From: Candidatus Nealsonbacteria bacterium
GTDB lineage: Bacteria > Patescibacteriota > Minisyncoccia > Minisyncoccales > MHMH01
Length of the DNA: 64,000 bases
Direction: 5' to 3'
NCBI GenBank assembly: GCA_016188865.1
Contig: JACPGX010000001.1
Coordinates: 141,197-205,196, forward strand
Under the pieces are notes generated by a model. The model had not been told where the DNA came from and did no database searches. It was given only the letters and a program-made list of their open reading frames with translations. Positions 36,598 to 44,999 of this stretch are shown here, in pieces. The translations under genes were made by a program, and so were the position numbers. Numbering within the stretch: position 1 is the first letter of the stretch; the number at the start of each line of letters is the position of its first letter.

Positions 36598-36629
36598 AGA
36601 AATTGAATGTCTTTAATGGCGTTCGCTAG

Positions 36630-37631
36630 TCAGCCCTGTGGATAATTTATCATTCTCAAATAATTATCTGTGTATTTTTCGTTGGAAAATTTGTTTTGAA
36701 CTAACTCGCGGCCGCGCCTGCCCATTTCAACGGCTATATTTTTATTCCTTAATAAAGTTCTTAATTTTTCAGCTAGTTGCTCGACATTACCAACTTCAAA
36801 TAAGAAACCGGTCTGGCCATCTTTGACCAAATCGGGTATACCCCCCACATTGCTGGCAATTACCGGTTTCCCTAAGGCCATGGCCTCTAATATAACTCTT
36901 GGCAAACCCTCCGATAAAGATGGAACAATCAAGCAATAACAATCCCTCATTCTTTCCCTAACTTCTATCAGAGACAATTTACCATCGGGCAAACCTTCGC
37001 CCGCTAAAACCAATTTAAAATCTAAAAATTCCTGCTTAATCTTATCAAATGCTTCCACCAAATATTTTACCCCCTTAACCGGATCATTCCTTCCCACCAA
37101 TAAAACAAAATTATTGAATTTTATATCGCTTTCAGTCAAAAAATCGTCTAAATCGGTAAAGGTCGGAAAAATAAAATATGGTTTGTCGGGAGCAATTTTC
37201 TCTGCCTTATCGATAAGATATTGTGCCACTCCCCTAATCTTATCTGCGTTGCGAAAACTAAACGGAGCTAAAAAGGCAATACTCTTTTTGACTTCCCAGT
37301 CGCCGTGCATTTCAATAATCAGCTCTTTACCTAATATCTTCTTCAAAATAACTCCGACAAAACCCTCCATTAATGGCGATTGAGCCACAATAACGTCAAT
37401 TCTTTTAAACAAACACAGCCAAAAAGACAAACAAAAAGCCGAGGGCCAGAAAAAAACATTTCTGGGCAAAAGATAAAATTCTGCACCCCAAAGCTTTTTG
37501 CCAAAAGTCATTTTCCCCCGAGCCAAAACATAGGACTTTATTCCTCTGGCCAGCCCTTCGAACTTTTTTCTCAAATGGACGTCCTTTTCTAAATCATATT
37601 TAGTTACGCTGATGAATAGAACGTTTTTCAT
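36630..37631 (-). CDS. Glycosyltransferase, GT4-like
   Basis: EGLPRVILEAMALGKPVIASNVGGIPDLV. Confidence 0.8.
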   Translation of the reverse strand: MKNVLFISVTKYDLEKDVHLRKKFEGLARGIKSYVLARGKMTFGKKLWGAEFYLLPRNVFFWPSAFCLSFWLCLFKRIDVIVAQSPLMEGFVGVILKKILGKELIIEMHGDWEVKKSIAFLAPFSFRNADKIRGVAQYLIDKAEKIAPDKPYFIFPTFTDLDDFLTESDIKFNNFVLLVGRNDPVKGVKYLVEAFDKIKQEFLDFKLVLAGEGLPDGKLSLIEVRERMRDCYCLIVPSLSEGLPRVILEAMALGKPVIASNVGGIPDLVKDGQTGFLFEVGNVEQLAEKLRTLLRNKNIAVEMGRRGRELVQNKFSNEKYTDNYLRMINYPQG

Positions 37632-37647
37632 GGTTTTATGATATCCG

Positions 37648-37702
37648 ACTTAGGACTTAGGAACTTAGTTTCTAAGTAAACTTAGAAACTAAGTTCCTAA
37701 GT
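37648..37702. repeat. 48-bp perfect palindrome (22-bp arms, 4-nt loop) preceded by an extra ACTTAGG unit
   Basis: ACTTAGGAACTTAGTTTCTAAG-TAAA-CTTAGAAACTAAGTTCCTAAGT at 37655-37702, with an extra ACTTAGG at 37648-37654. It covers the stop codon of 37697-38689. Confidence 0.9.
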
Positions 37703-38689
37703 TCGTTTTAATATCCGTAACGTTTTCTCCACTAAATTATCCCAGCTAAAATCTTTTAATTTCTCTCTAGAATTGCGGATAAATTTTTCCTGCAAACTCT
37801 TGTCGCTCCACAACTTCAAAATAGCTTGCTTTATCTGTTCTTTATTCTTGTATTCTACCAAAAAACCATTAAAATTATCTTCAATTAATTCCGGATTGCC
37901 CCCTTCACTGCTGGCTATCACCGGCACTCCAAAACTCATTGCTTCCAATATGACATGAGACAGACCCTCATAGCCTGAATTTAAAACAAACATATCGGCA
38001 GCCTTAAAGTAAAAAGGCATTTCTTCATGGGGAACTTTTTTATCCTCTCCGACAATTACTAATTTGAAATTTGGATTTTCTTTAAGCAAGTCTGGCATAA
38101 TGGCCCTTAAGTCGTCGAAGCCCTTCCATGGCACAGGACGTCCAACTGATAAAATAATATTTCCGTCAATGCCAATATTTTTTTTGGCATCCTCCTTAGA
38201 AATATCCGGTCGAGAACCGTTCTCGACCGCATTATAAATAACCTCTATTTTGTTCTCCGATACGCGCCAAGAAGCCACCATTTTTTTAACATACCTGCTG
38301 GGAACAATAATTTTATCAGCTCCTCTGGCAACATAAGCCTGAATACTTTTTAAATAATTCTTCTTCTGCTCCCAGGCTGCATCCCCGACAACCTTTAAAA
38401 CAAATTTTTTTCTTAATAATTTTGCCGCCCAGAAAGCCGGCAATCCTGCGCTAGTCGGATTTTGAGCATAAATAACATCAGCCTCTTTTGCCAGCCGAAG
38501 CAAACCCAAGAAATATAAAAAATGCTTTAAACCTTTAGGGTATTTTTTCAATCTTCCTGAATAACTAATAACTGGCTGATTCAATTCTTTGGCCAGCCTT
38601 TTAACATATGTCGCTGGCCCGCCAATGTCAGGCGGATATATGCCGGTGGCTAAGACAATTTTCATATATTTTAAATACCTCTTGGGCAA
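37697..38689 (-). CDS. Glycosyltransferase, GT4-like
   Basis: MKIVLATGIYPPDIGGPATYV and EGLSHVILEAMSFGVPVIASSEGGNPELI. The likely true start is the ATG at 38665. Confidence 0.8.
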   Translation of the reverse strand: MPKRYLKYMKIVLATGIYPPDIGGPATYVKRLAKELNQPVISYSGRLKKYPKGLKHFLYFLGLLRLAKEADVIYAQNPTSAGLPAFWAAKLLRKKFVLKVVGDAAWEQKKNYLKSIQAYVARGADKIIVPSRYVKKMVASWRVSENKIEVIYNAVENGSRPDISKEDAKKNIGIDGNIILSVGRPVPWKGFDDLRAIMPDLLKENPNFKLVIVGEDKKVPHEEMPFYFKAADMFVLNSGYEGLSHVILEAMSFGVPVIASSEGGNPELIEDNFNGFLVEYKNKEQIKQAILKLWSDKSLQEKFIRNSREKLKDFSWDNLVEKTLRILKRT

Positions 38690-39740
38690 TATTCTGCCAA
38701 TCGTATCTCGTTAATCCTGCAATAGCAAAATTAACGAGGCGCTCTCTTAATTCTGGATTATTATAAATTCTTAATATGGCTTTGGCAATCTCCTCTGGAT
38801 TTCCCGGCGTCACCAAAAGACCATTTTTCTCATTTTCGATAATATCTAAAATTCCGCCAACCTTGCTTGCAATAACCGGGACCCTAGCTGCTATGGCTTC
38901 CAAGATAGCTATGCCGAAGCCCTCTTTCAGGGAAGGCAAAACGAAACAGTCCGCCATAGCCAGATATTCTGGAATGCCTTCTGGAGGAATCGGTCCCAAA
39001 AATTTTACTTTCTTCACTAAGCCGAGCTCTCTGGTCAAATTTTCTAAATTTTTTCTTTCAGAACCATCGCCGATAATGAATAATTGGAGATCCGACCCCG
39101 CCAAGGCGAGATCGGATCTTGTAAAAGCCCTAATCAAATATTCTATCCCCTTTACTTTTTCCAACCTCGCCACCGTCATCACCACAAAACCATCTTTTTG
39201 TTGTTTCTTTAAATTCTCAAATCTTTTTAAATCAACGCCGTTAGGTATTACCTCAATATTTGAGCATCCGATTTCTTTAAAATATTCTTTGATGGCGGAA
39301 CTTGCAGCAATGCAGACTTTAGCGTTTCTATAAACTATTTTTTTTAAGAAATTATTCCCCTCCAACCTCTGAACGGTCACAATGTAGGGTATGTTGACAA
39401 TTTTTGAAATATAATATCCTATGCAGGCCCCCAGAAATCCTTGGCAGTGTAAAAGATTAATTTTCTGTAATAATATTAGAAAAAAAGAGCGCGAAAATAT
39501 GAATGGCATAGCTGTCAAAATGTGAAAGAACGAAGAATAGGAAAGGTCTTTCAGGGCAAATAAAGATGTCCGAAAAATTTTAACTCCATTTTTAACTTCG
39601 TGTTTGGCGCTATCCCCAACCCTAGCTGTAACAACAAAAATTTCGGCTTTATTCGCAAGCTTTTCGGCAATATTTTGCGTCCAGGTCTCTAATCCTCCGA
39701 TCACGGGATAATAATGTAAAACCGGCATTAAAATTCGCAT
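38628..39740 (-). CDS. Glycosyltransferase, GT4-like
   Basis: MRILMPVLHYYPVIGGLETW and EGFGIAILEAIAARVPVIASKVGGILDII. Confidence 0.8.
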   Translation of the reverse strand: MRILMPVLHYYPVIGGLETWTQNIAEKLANKAEIFVVTARVGDSAKHEVKNGVKIFRTSLFALKDLSYSSFFHILTAMPFIFSRSFFLILLQKINLLHCQGFLGACIGYYISKIVNIPYIVTVQRLEGNNFLKKIVYRNAKVCIAASSAIKEYFKEIGCSNIEVIPNGVDLKRFENLKKQQKDGFVVMTVARLEKVKGIEYLIRAFTRSDLALAGSDLQLFIIGDGSERKNLENLTRELGLVKKVKFLGPIPPEGIPEYLAMADCFVLPSLKEGFGIAILEAIAARVPVIASKVGGILDIIENEKNGLLVTPGNPEEIAKAILRIYNNPELRERLVNFAIAGLTRYDWQNIAQEVFKIYENCLSHRHISA

Positions 39741-40828
39741 AGTACATTTTTTATTGATTCCAACATCGTTCTAATATCTTTTTCCGCGTAGTAATTCTGC
39801 AAGGGGAAATTGATGATTCTCTTGGCGACTTCAAAGGTGTTGGGGAATTCTTCCCGGCTTAAAACAATAGGCGTGTGCCAAATGCGGGTGCAGAAAACTC
39901 GGTACCTTCTCAATCCCGCCACAATTTCATCTCTTTTATTTTCCAAATTTTTGGGGACTAAAGCGGAAAGATAACAAAAAACGTTGTTTTCGTGCTCTTG
40001 AACTTCAAAACCTAAATTTTGAAGCTCTTGCTGAAAAAACTTAGCAAGCTTTATCCTGTTTTGCATAGATTTTTCAAAATCTTCCAGAGAATAATAGAAA
40101 AGGGCCAAAGATAACTTATTGAGGCCTGCGGGCTCCGGTAATTTTTCCTTTCTTAGCATCTTCGGAGCGATATCGTTGCCAAACTTTTTAAAAATAAAGG
40201 CGAAAAAAGGAAGGCAATTCAGTAAAGAAATGAAATCCCTGAAATTAAAATTGGTTTTTGGCAGAGAGATTTGCCAATCCTTGGGACAAACTAACAATCC
40301 GCCTCTTAATGCCGGGAATTGCTTGTAAAGACTGAAAAATGCAATATCACTTTTCGGCTTAACCCCGAAAGCATGAGCGCAATCTTCAATAATCGCAATA
40401 TCGGAGGTCCGACCTCCCGACAAATATGACGGGAGGTCGGACCTCAATCCATCAACATCGAACGGGAGACCGTAGGTGTGGCACACTAAAATCGCCTTTG
40501 TCCGGGGAGTAATCTTCCTAAAGATTTCTTCTCTTTTAATATGAAAAGTTTTCAAATCAATATCCAAAAAAATCGGTTTTATATTATATTTCTCTAAAAT
40601 TGGCTGGAATATATCGCAAATATAAGCCGGCATCATTATTTCTGAATTTTGAAGATTCAACTTTCCAATAATAATTTTGAAAGCAGACCGGCCCATGTCG
40701 GTGAAAATAAGCTGTTTACTCGGAAAATATGACTCAAGTTTTTGAGCTAAATTAATCTTCTTGAAATTATTAAGTTTTATTTGCGGGTGGACGAAAAACA
40801 TACTAGTCTTACTCTGGCTAGGCACCAT
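39728..40828 (-). CDS. Divergent DegT-family PLP-dependent aminotransferase carrying an in-frame palindromic element
   Basis: HTYGLPFDVDG, IIEDCAHAFG and FFSLYKQFPALRGG (Lys retained). The residues LRSDLPSYLSGGRTSD are encoded by the repeat at 40403-40445. Confidence 0.65.
   Translation of the reverse strand: MVPSQSKTSMFFVHPQIKLNNFKKINLAQKLESYFPSKQLIFTDMGRSAFKIIIGKLNLQNSEIMMPAYICDIFQPILEKYNIKPIFLDIDLKTFHIKREEIFRKITPRTKAILVCHTYGLPFDVDGLRSDLPSYLSGGRTSDIAIIEDCAHAFGVKPKSDIAFFSLYKQFPALRGGLLVCPKDWQISLPKTNFNFRDFISLLNCLPFFAFIFKKFGNDIAPKMLRKEKLPEPAGLNKLSLALFYYSLEDFEKSMQNRIKLAKFFQQELQNLGFEVQEHENNVFCYLSALVPKNLENKRDEIVAGLRRYRVFCTRIWHTPIVLSREEFPNTFEVAKRIINFPLQNYYAEKDIRTMLESIKNVLCEF
40403..40445. repeat. 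42/43-nt nested double-hairpin element (type A), copy 1, inside a DegT-family gene
   Basis: GGAGGTCCGACCTCC-CGACAAATATGAC-GGGAGGTCGGACCTC. Its reverse complement matches 46914-46955 at 40 of 42 positions. Confidence 0.9.
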
Positions 40829-41475
40829 CCAAACGGCCTGCCAAAAATATTTTCAAATGATAAAAAAAATTTAGGAGATAAATTCAAATTTAATGGAGGA
40901 TAAGTATTAAAAATCTTCTGTTTCCTGAAAACGAAGCCTTCTTTTTTAAACTCTCGTTTGATGCCGGAGAGTGAAAGATAGTAAGGGGAGTTTCTGTTGA
41001 TAAGCCTTTTCAGGCTGCCAAAAATCTTATAAAAAGACAGGCAATTTATAAAGTCGCAGATTAAAGTGCCCCCTGGCTTTAAAACTCTGACAATCCCTCT
41101 TTGAACTCCCGGATAGGTAGCGGCCGAAACGTAGCCGAAGCTGGTCACAACATCAAAATAATTATCTGGATATTTAAGATTATAAACATCTCCCTCTTCT
41201 ATATTAATTCTGTTTTCGAGGCCGGCTTTTCTAACTTTTTCCCTGGCGGTCTCAATCGCTTTTTTTGAAATATCAAACCCGATTATTGCAAAATCAGTGT
41301 TCTTGGCCAAAAGAATATCAATTTCGCCTAAGCCGCAGCCGATATCCAGCAGTCTGCCGCTTTTTTTCTCGCCCAAAAGCGCCAAAGTATTTTCTAAGGT
41401 TAAGGTAATTGTAGCCTGCCGCGCTGAATTTAATCTGTAATTTTTTTGACTATATTGCTCCCACTTTTCGCTCAT
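40777..41475 (-). CDS. Class I SAM-dependent methyltransferase
   Basis: Motif I in RLLDIGCGLGEIDILLA; LKPGGTLI lies downstream. Confidence 0.75.
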   Translation of the reverse strand: MSEKWEQYSQKNYRLNSARQATITLTLENTLALLGEKKSGRLLDIGCGLGEIDILLAKNTDFAIIGFDISKKAIETAREKVRKAGLENRINIEEGDVYNLKYPDNYFDVVTSFGYVSAATYPGVQRGIVRVLKPGGTLICDFINCLSFYKIFGSLKRLINRNSPYYLSLSGIKREFKKEGFVFRKQKIFNTYPPLNLNLSPKFFLSFENIFGRPFGWCLARVRLVCFSSTRK

Positions 41476-42458
41476 AATTTATATTTTAATAAATACGGGC
41501 TTAATTTTTTAATTAAAAATGGCGGTAAAAGGCCGAAAATATTTCTGAGGGTTTCGAAGTCCAGCTTCCCTGGAAGGCCGGACTTCATCGTTCCTCCGCA
41601 ATTCGTTAATTCAAAAATCGGATATTCCCTGCCTCCCCAGCCCTGTTTGAAAATTTGCAAAGGAGAACCAATTCTTGTCCCTCCAAAATCGAAAATTTTA
41701 TTATCCTGCAAACTCTTTTGAATTTGTTCCCATAGTATTAAATAATTGGCTCCCAAATTTTTATACTTTTCATCGATGGCATTTTGAAAATAATGGACGA
41801 ATTTTTCATAAAAGAGAAAGGCGCTTCCGGCTATAACAAGGTTATTCTTTTTGGCTAAAATAATCTCCGATTCATTGGAGTTAAAAAAATAATCAAAAAA
41901 AGAAAATGGATATGCCGGAATTTTGTGTCTTTTAGCGCTTTTAAGATATAAATTATAAAAATTTTTAAGGTCTTTCTGGCTTTGACATTTCTCAACTTGA
42001 ATATTATTGGCCTTGGCTTTTTCTATTTCGTGGCGCGTAGTTTTCCTTAAATCAATATCCTCCAAAAAATAACTTACCCTGCCCGACTGGTCGAGAACGC
42101 TTCTCGCCCCATCGAGAGCGAGAAACGTTCTCGCTAGTTGGGGGTGGAAGTTGATTCTGACGCGATTCTTGAATTCAGACAATAAATCCTGCTTAAATTT
42201 TTCGGCATCAATATTTTCCAGCAAAGGCAATGGCCCGCCGTATTCGCAAAATGGATGAGAAATCAATTTATCCCCCACTCTGGCCATGCTTAATAATGCC
42301 TTATCATCGTACATATACCTTTCAAATTTCAACCATTTAAATTGCCTTTCAAGGAATTCCTCCCATTCCATATAATGAAAAAAAGTCTTGAATAAGACTT
42401 TTCCCAACAAATCCTGCCATTCATTTTTGTTTGTAATTTTGGTAAATTTGTTCTCCAT
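41472..42458 (-). CDS. FemAB/GNAT-like acyl- or aminoacyl-transferase family protein
   Basis: The HPFCEYGGPL, LYLKSAKRHKIPAYPFSFF and AGSAFLFYEKFVHYFQNA pattern resembles FemAB-type (Acetyltransf_6-like) proteins. It contains two in-frame palindromes. Confidence 0.45.
   Translation of the reverse strand: MENKFTKITNKNEWQDLLGKVLFKTFFHYMEWEEFLERQFKWLKFERYMYDDKALLSMARVGDKLISHPFCEYGGPLPLLENIDAEKFKQDLLSEFKNRVRINFHPQLARTFLALDGARSVLDQSGRVSYFLEDIDLRKTTRHEIEKAKANNIQVEKCQSQKDLKNFYNLYLKSAKRHKIPAYPFSFFDYFFNSNESEIILAKKNNLVIAGSAFLFYEKFVHYFQNAIDEKYKNLGANYLILWEQIQKSLQDNKIFDFGGTRIGSPLQIFKQGWGGREYPIFELTNCGGTMKSGLPGKLDFETLRNIFGLLPPFLIKKLSPYLLKYKL
41557..41585. repeat. 29-nt imperfect palindrome (type C) inside the FemAB-like gene
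   Basis: AAGTCCAGCTTCCCTGGAAGGCCGGACTT. Translated on the minus strand as KSGLPGKLDF. Confidence 0.55.
42092..42133. repeat. 42-nt nested palindrome (16-nt arms, 10-nt spacer) inside the FemAB-like gene
   Basis: CGAGAACGCTTCTCGC-CCCATCGAGA-GCGAGAAACGTTCTCG, with one arm mismatch. Each arm is itself a CGAGAA..TTCTCG hairpin. Translated as ARTFLALDGARSVL. Confidence 0.8.
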
Positions 42459-43146
42459 TTAAAAATTGGTAATTTTTGCTTTCTAGTAATTTTATGATTT
42501 TTTTGAAATTTTTCAAACTATCCCAGGAGTGAATGCTTAAAGTTATAAAACCCGGACAATAAATAAAAAATAAAATTTTATATAATAAATATGGCAATCT
42601 GCTAATCCATGCGCCGGCTAGAGGAATGCCAAACATTTGCCCTCTAACCGGAATTTCGAGTAATCTAGGTAATTTCAGGTGGTAATAAGGAATTAAGGGA
42701 AATCTGCCCTTATAGCCGCGGTATTTCTTAAATGGCGGGTAATGCGGGACAATACTGCTGTCGTATAAAAACCCATTTTTCTCTAAAATTTCCAGGCCAT
42801 GCTCATCAATAATGTGAGAAGGAGCGCGGAAACCCAGCGGTAACCTTTTGAAAAAACGCCGGTAAAGATCAATAAAATTATCTAATTCTTTTTTTCTTTC
42901 TTCATGGCTTAGAGTATTCCAGAAACGATGAGTAAAGCTATGACAGGCAATTTCATAATCTTCGGCCCATTTCAAAATTTGTAATTGATATTTTTCTAGG
43001 ATTTGGCCGGTTGCAAAAAGAGTGGCAACGACTTTATTCTCTTTGAAAATATCGATAATCTCCTCCATCTTTTCTATGTCGCGCTCGACGTCAACGGAAA
43101 CAAAGCAAACTTTATCTGGCATCTTGCTTTTTACCGTAATAATCAA
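42421..43146 (-). CDS. Polysaccharide deacetylase (NodB/CE4 family)
   Basis: FVSVDVERD, ATLFATGQILEKY and EIACHSFTH (metal-binding His motifs). Confidence 0.7.
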   Translation of the reverse strand: MIITVKSKMPDKVCFVSVDVERDIEKMEEIIDIFKENKVVATLFATGQILEKYQLQILKWAEDYEIACHSFTHRFWNTLSHEERKKELDNFIDLYRRFFKRLPLGFRAPSHIIDEHGLEILEKNGFLYDSSIVPHYPPFKKYRGYKGRFPLIPYYHLKLPRLLEIPVRGQMFGIPLAGAWISRLPYLLYKILFFIYCPGFITLSIHSWDSLKNFKKIIKLLESKNYQFLNGEQIYQNYKQK

Positions 43147-44098
43147 TAATTCTCTTGAGGCTTTCTTCTAACGAAATTTTCGGCTCGTAACCTATAAATT
43201 TTTGGATCTTTGAAAGATCGGGTTTTCTGCGGGCCATATCGTCAAAATCCTCGCCGTAAACTTTGGCGTAAGGAATAAAAGCAATGCTTGATTTGCTGTT
43301 TGCCAATTTTTTGATTTTTTGGGCTAATTCTTTTATCGAAATTTCCTCGTCAGAACCCAAATTAAAAATATGGCCTATCGCTTTGGGGTTATCCGCAAGT
43401 TTAATTAAGGCATCTACCACATCGTCGATATAGCCGAAGCACCTCGTCTGGTAGCCGTCTCCGTAAATGGTTATTGGTCTCCCGGCTAAAGCTTGCTGCA
43501 CGAATCTGGGAATGACCATACCATACACTCCTGTTTGCCTGGGACCTATTACATTGAAAAGTCTGACGGTGATGGCGGGAAGCCCTTTTTCTCTGTAATA
43601 AGCTAAAGCTAAAAATTCATCTGCTCCTTTGGACATGGCATACCCCCAGCGATTATGATAAGCAGAACCGTAAACCCTATCTGATTCTTCGGTAAAGGGC
43701 AACTTATCGTTTTTCCCGTAAATTTCAGAGGTAGAAGCAACAAGAACCGGAACTTTATATTGTAACGCAGCGTTTAGAACAATTTCCGTCCCCCTGATAT
43801 TTAAAAGAAACGAATCTAACGGCTTATCGATAATTGTTTTCACGCCAACGGCAGCGGCTAAGTGATAAATCTGATTAACTTTTTTTGCTAATTTTTCTAT
43901 TTTTTGGCTATCAAGAATTGTGCCTTTTATAAAATGAAAATTTTTGTTTTTCTTTAAATGCGCGATGTTTTTTAAGCTGCCGGTTGATAAATCGTCAATT
44001 ACAAAAACCTCTTCGCCTGATTTGAGAAGTTTTTCTACAAGATGAGAGCCGATAAACCCCGCGCCACCCGTGACTAATGTTTTATTGGTTTTTGTCAT
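43112..44098 (-). CDS. NAD-dependent sugar epimerase/dehydratase (extended SDR)
   Basis: TLVTGGAGFIGSHLVEKL and YAMSKGADEFLALAYY. Confidence 0.8.
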   Translation of the reverse strand: MTKTNKTLVTGGAGFIGSHLVEKLLKSGEEVFVIDDLSTGSLKNIAHLKKNKNFHFIKGTILDSQKIEKLAKKVNQIYHLAAAVGVKTIIDKPLDSFLLNIRGTEIVLNAALQYKVPVLVASTSEIYGKNDKLPFTEESDRVYGSAYHNRWGYAMSKGADEFLALAYYREKGLPAITVRLFNVIGPRQTGVYGMVIPRFVQQALAGRPITIYGDGYQTRCFGYIDDVVDALIKLADNPKAIGHIFNLGSDEEISIKELAQKIKKLANSKSSIAFIPYAKVYGEDFDDMARRKPDLSKIQKFIGYEPKISLEESLKRIIDYYGKKQDAR

Positions 44099-44997
44099 TT
44101 TTCTGATTCTAGCAATCTTTTAATGCCTTCTTCTAGGGCTATTTCCGGTTGCCAGCCAAGCAATTCTCTGGCTTTGGCAATATCAGCTAAAGTATCGCGC
44201 ATTTCTCCCACGGGCAGGGGAATATATTTTTTCTCTCCACCAATAAGATTGGCTATTTCATTCATGCTGTGATTGTGACCCCCTCCGACATTAATTACCT
44301 CTCCCTTGCCAGTTTTCTCTGATTCCATGGCTAAAATATTCGCTCGTGCCACATCGTAAACATTGGTAAAATCACGAGTTTGCTCGCCATCGCCGCTGAT
44401 AGTCAATGGTTTCCCTTCTTTTTTTTGTGTTAAAAAAATCCCGATTACCGGAGTGTAGGCTCCCTCCCTTGGCTGGCGTAGCCCGTAAACATTAAAGTAT
44501 CTCAAAGAAACAGTTTTGAGTCCATAAATATCAAAGAAAATTTTACAGTAAAGCTCGCCAACATATTTTTGCAAAGCATAGGGATTTAAGGGAGAACATG
44601 GCATATCCTCACGCATGGGAAGCGATGCTTGATGGCCGTAAGCCGAAGAAGATGCGGCGTAAATAAATTTTTTGACTCCGGCCTCTTTTGAGGCAATCAA
44701 AGCATTGAGTGTTCCACCGATATTTACATCATTGGTTTCTTTTGGCTTAGCAATCGACAAAGGAATTCTCGGCAAGGCCGCCTCGTGAAAAACAAAGTCA
44801 GCTCCTTCAAAAATTGGACGGATTCTTTCAAAATTACGCAAATCTTCTTTAAAAAACTTAACTCGTGTGTTAAGATTTTCTTTTTTGCCTGTGCTTAAAT
44901 TATCAATAACAAAAACTTCGTGCTCCTTTTTAATAAGGGCGTCTATTATGTGAGAACCAATAAATCCGGCGCCGCCGGTAACGATTATTTTTGGCAT
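44095..44997 (-). CDS. NAD-dependent nucleotide-sugar 4-epimerase-like SDR
   Basis: IIVTGGAGFIGSHIIDAL and YALQKYVGELYCKIF. Confidence 0.8.
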   Translation of the reverse strand: MPKIIVTGGAGFIGSHIIDALIKKEHEVFVIDNLSTGKKENLNTRVKFFKEDLRNFERIRPIFEGADFVFHEAALPRIPLSIAKPKETNDVNIGGTLNALIASKEAGVKKFIYAASSSAYGHQASLPMREDMPCSPLNPYALQKYVGELYCKIFFDIYGLKTVSLRYFNVYGLRQPREGAYTPVIGIFLTQKKEGKPLTISGDGEQTRDFTNVYDVARANILAMESEKTGKGEVINVGGGHNHSMNEIANLIGGEKKYIPLPVGEMRDTLADIAKARELLGWQPEIALEEGIKRLLESEK

Positions 44998-44999
44998 AA

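Noticed and set aside
38776-39333. A 185-aa plus-strand ORF, and many similar ones (5558-5965, 8080-8502, 7033-7380, 35931-36278 and others), lie antisense to long minus-strand genes.
   Set aside because: They lie entirely within well-supported genes on the opposite strand. They have low-complexity or odd composition, and I recognised no motifs and no plausible promoter or RBS. I treat them as shadow ORFs.
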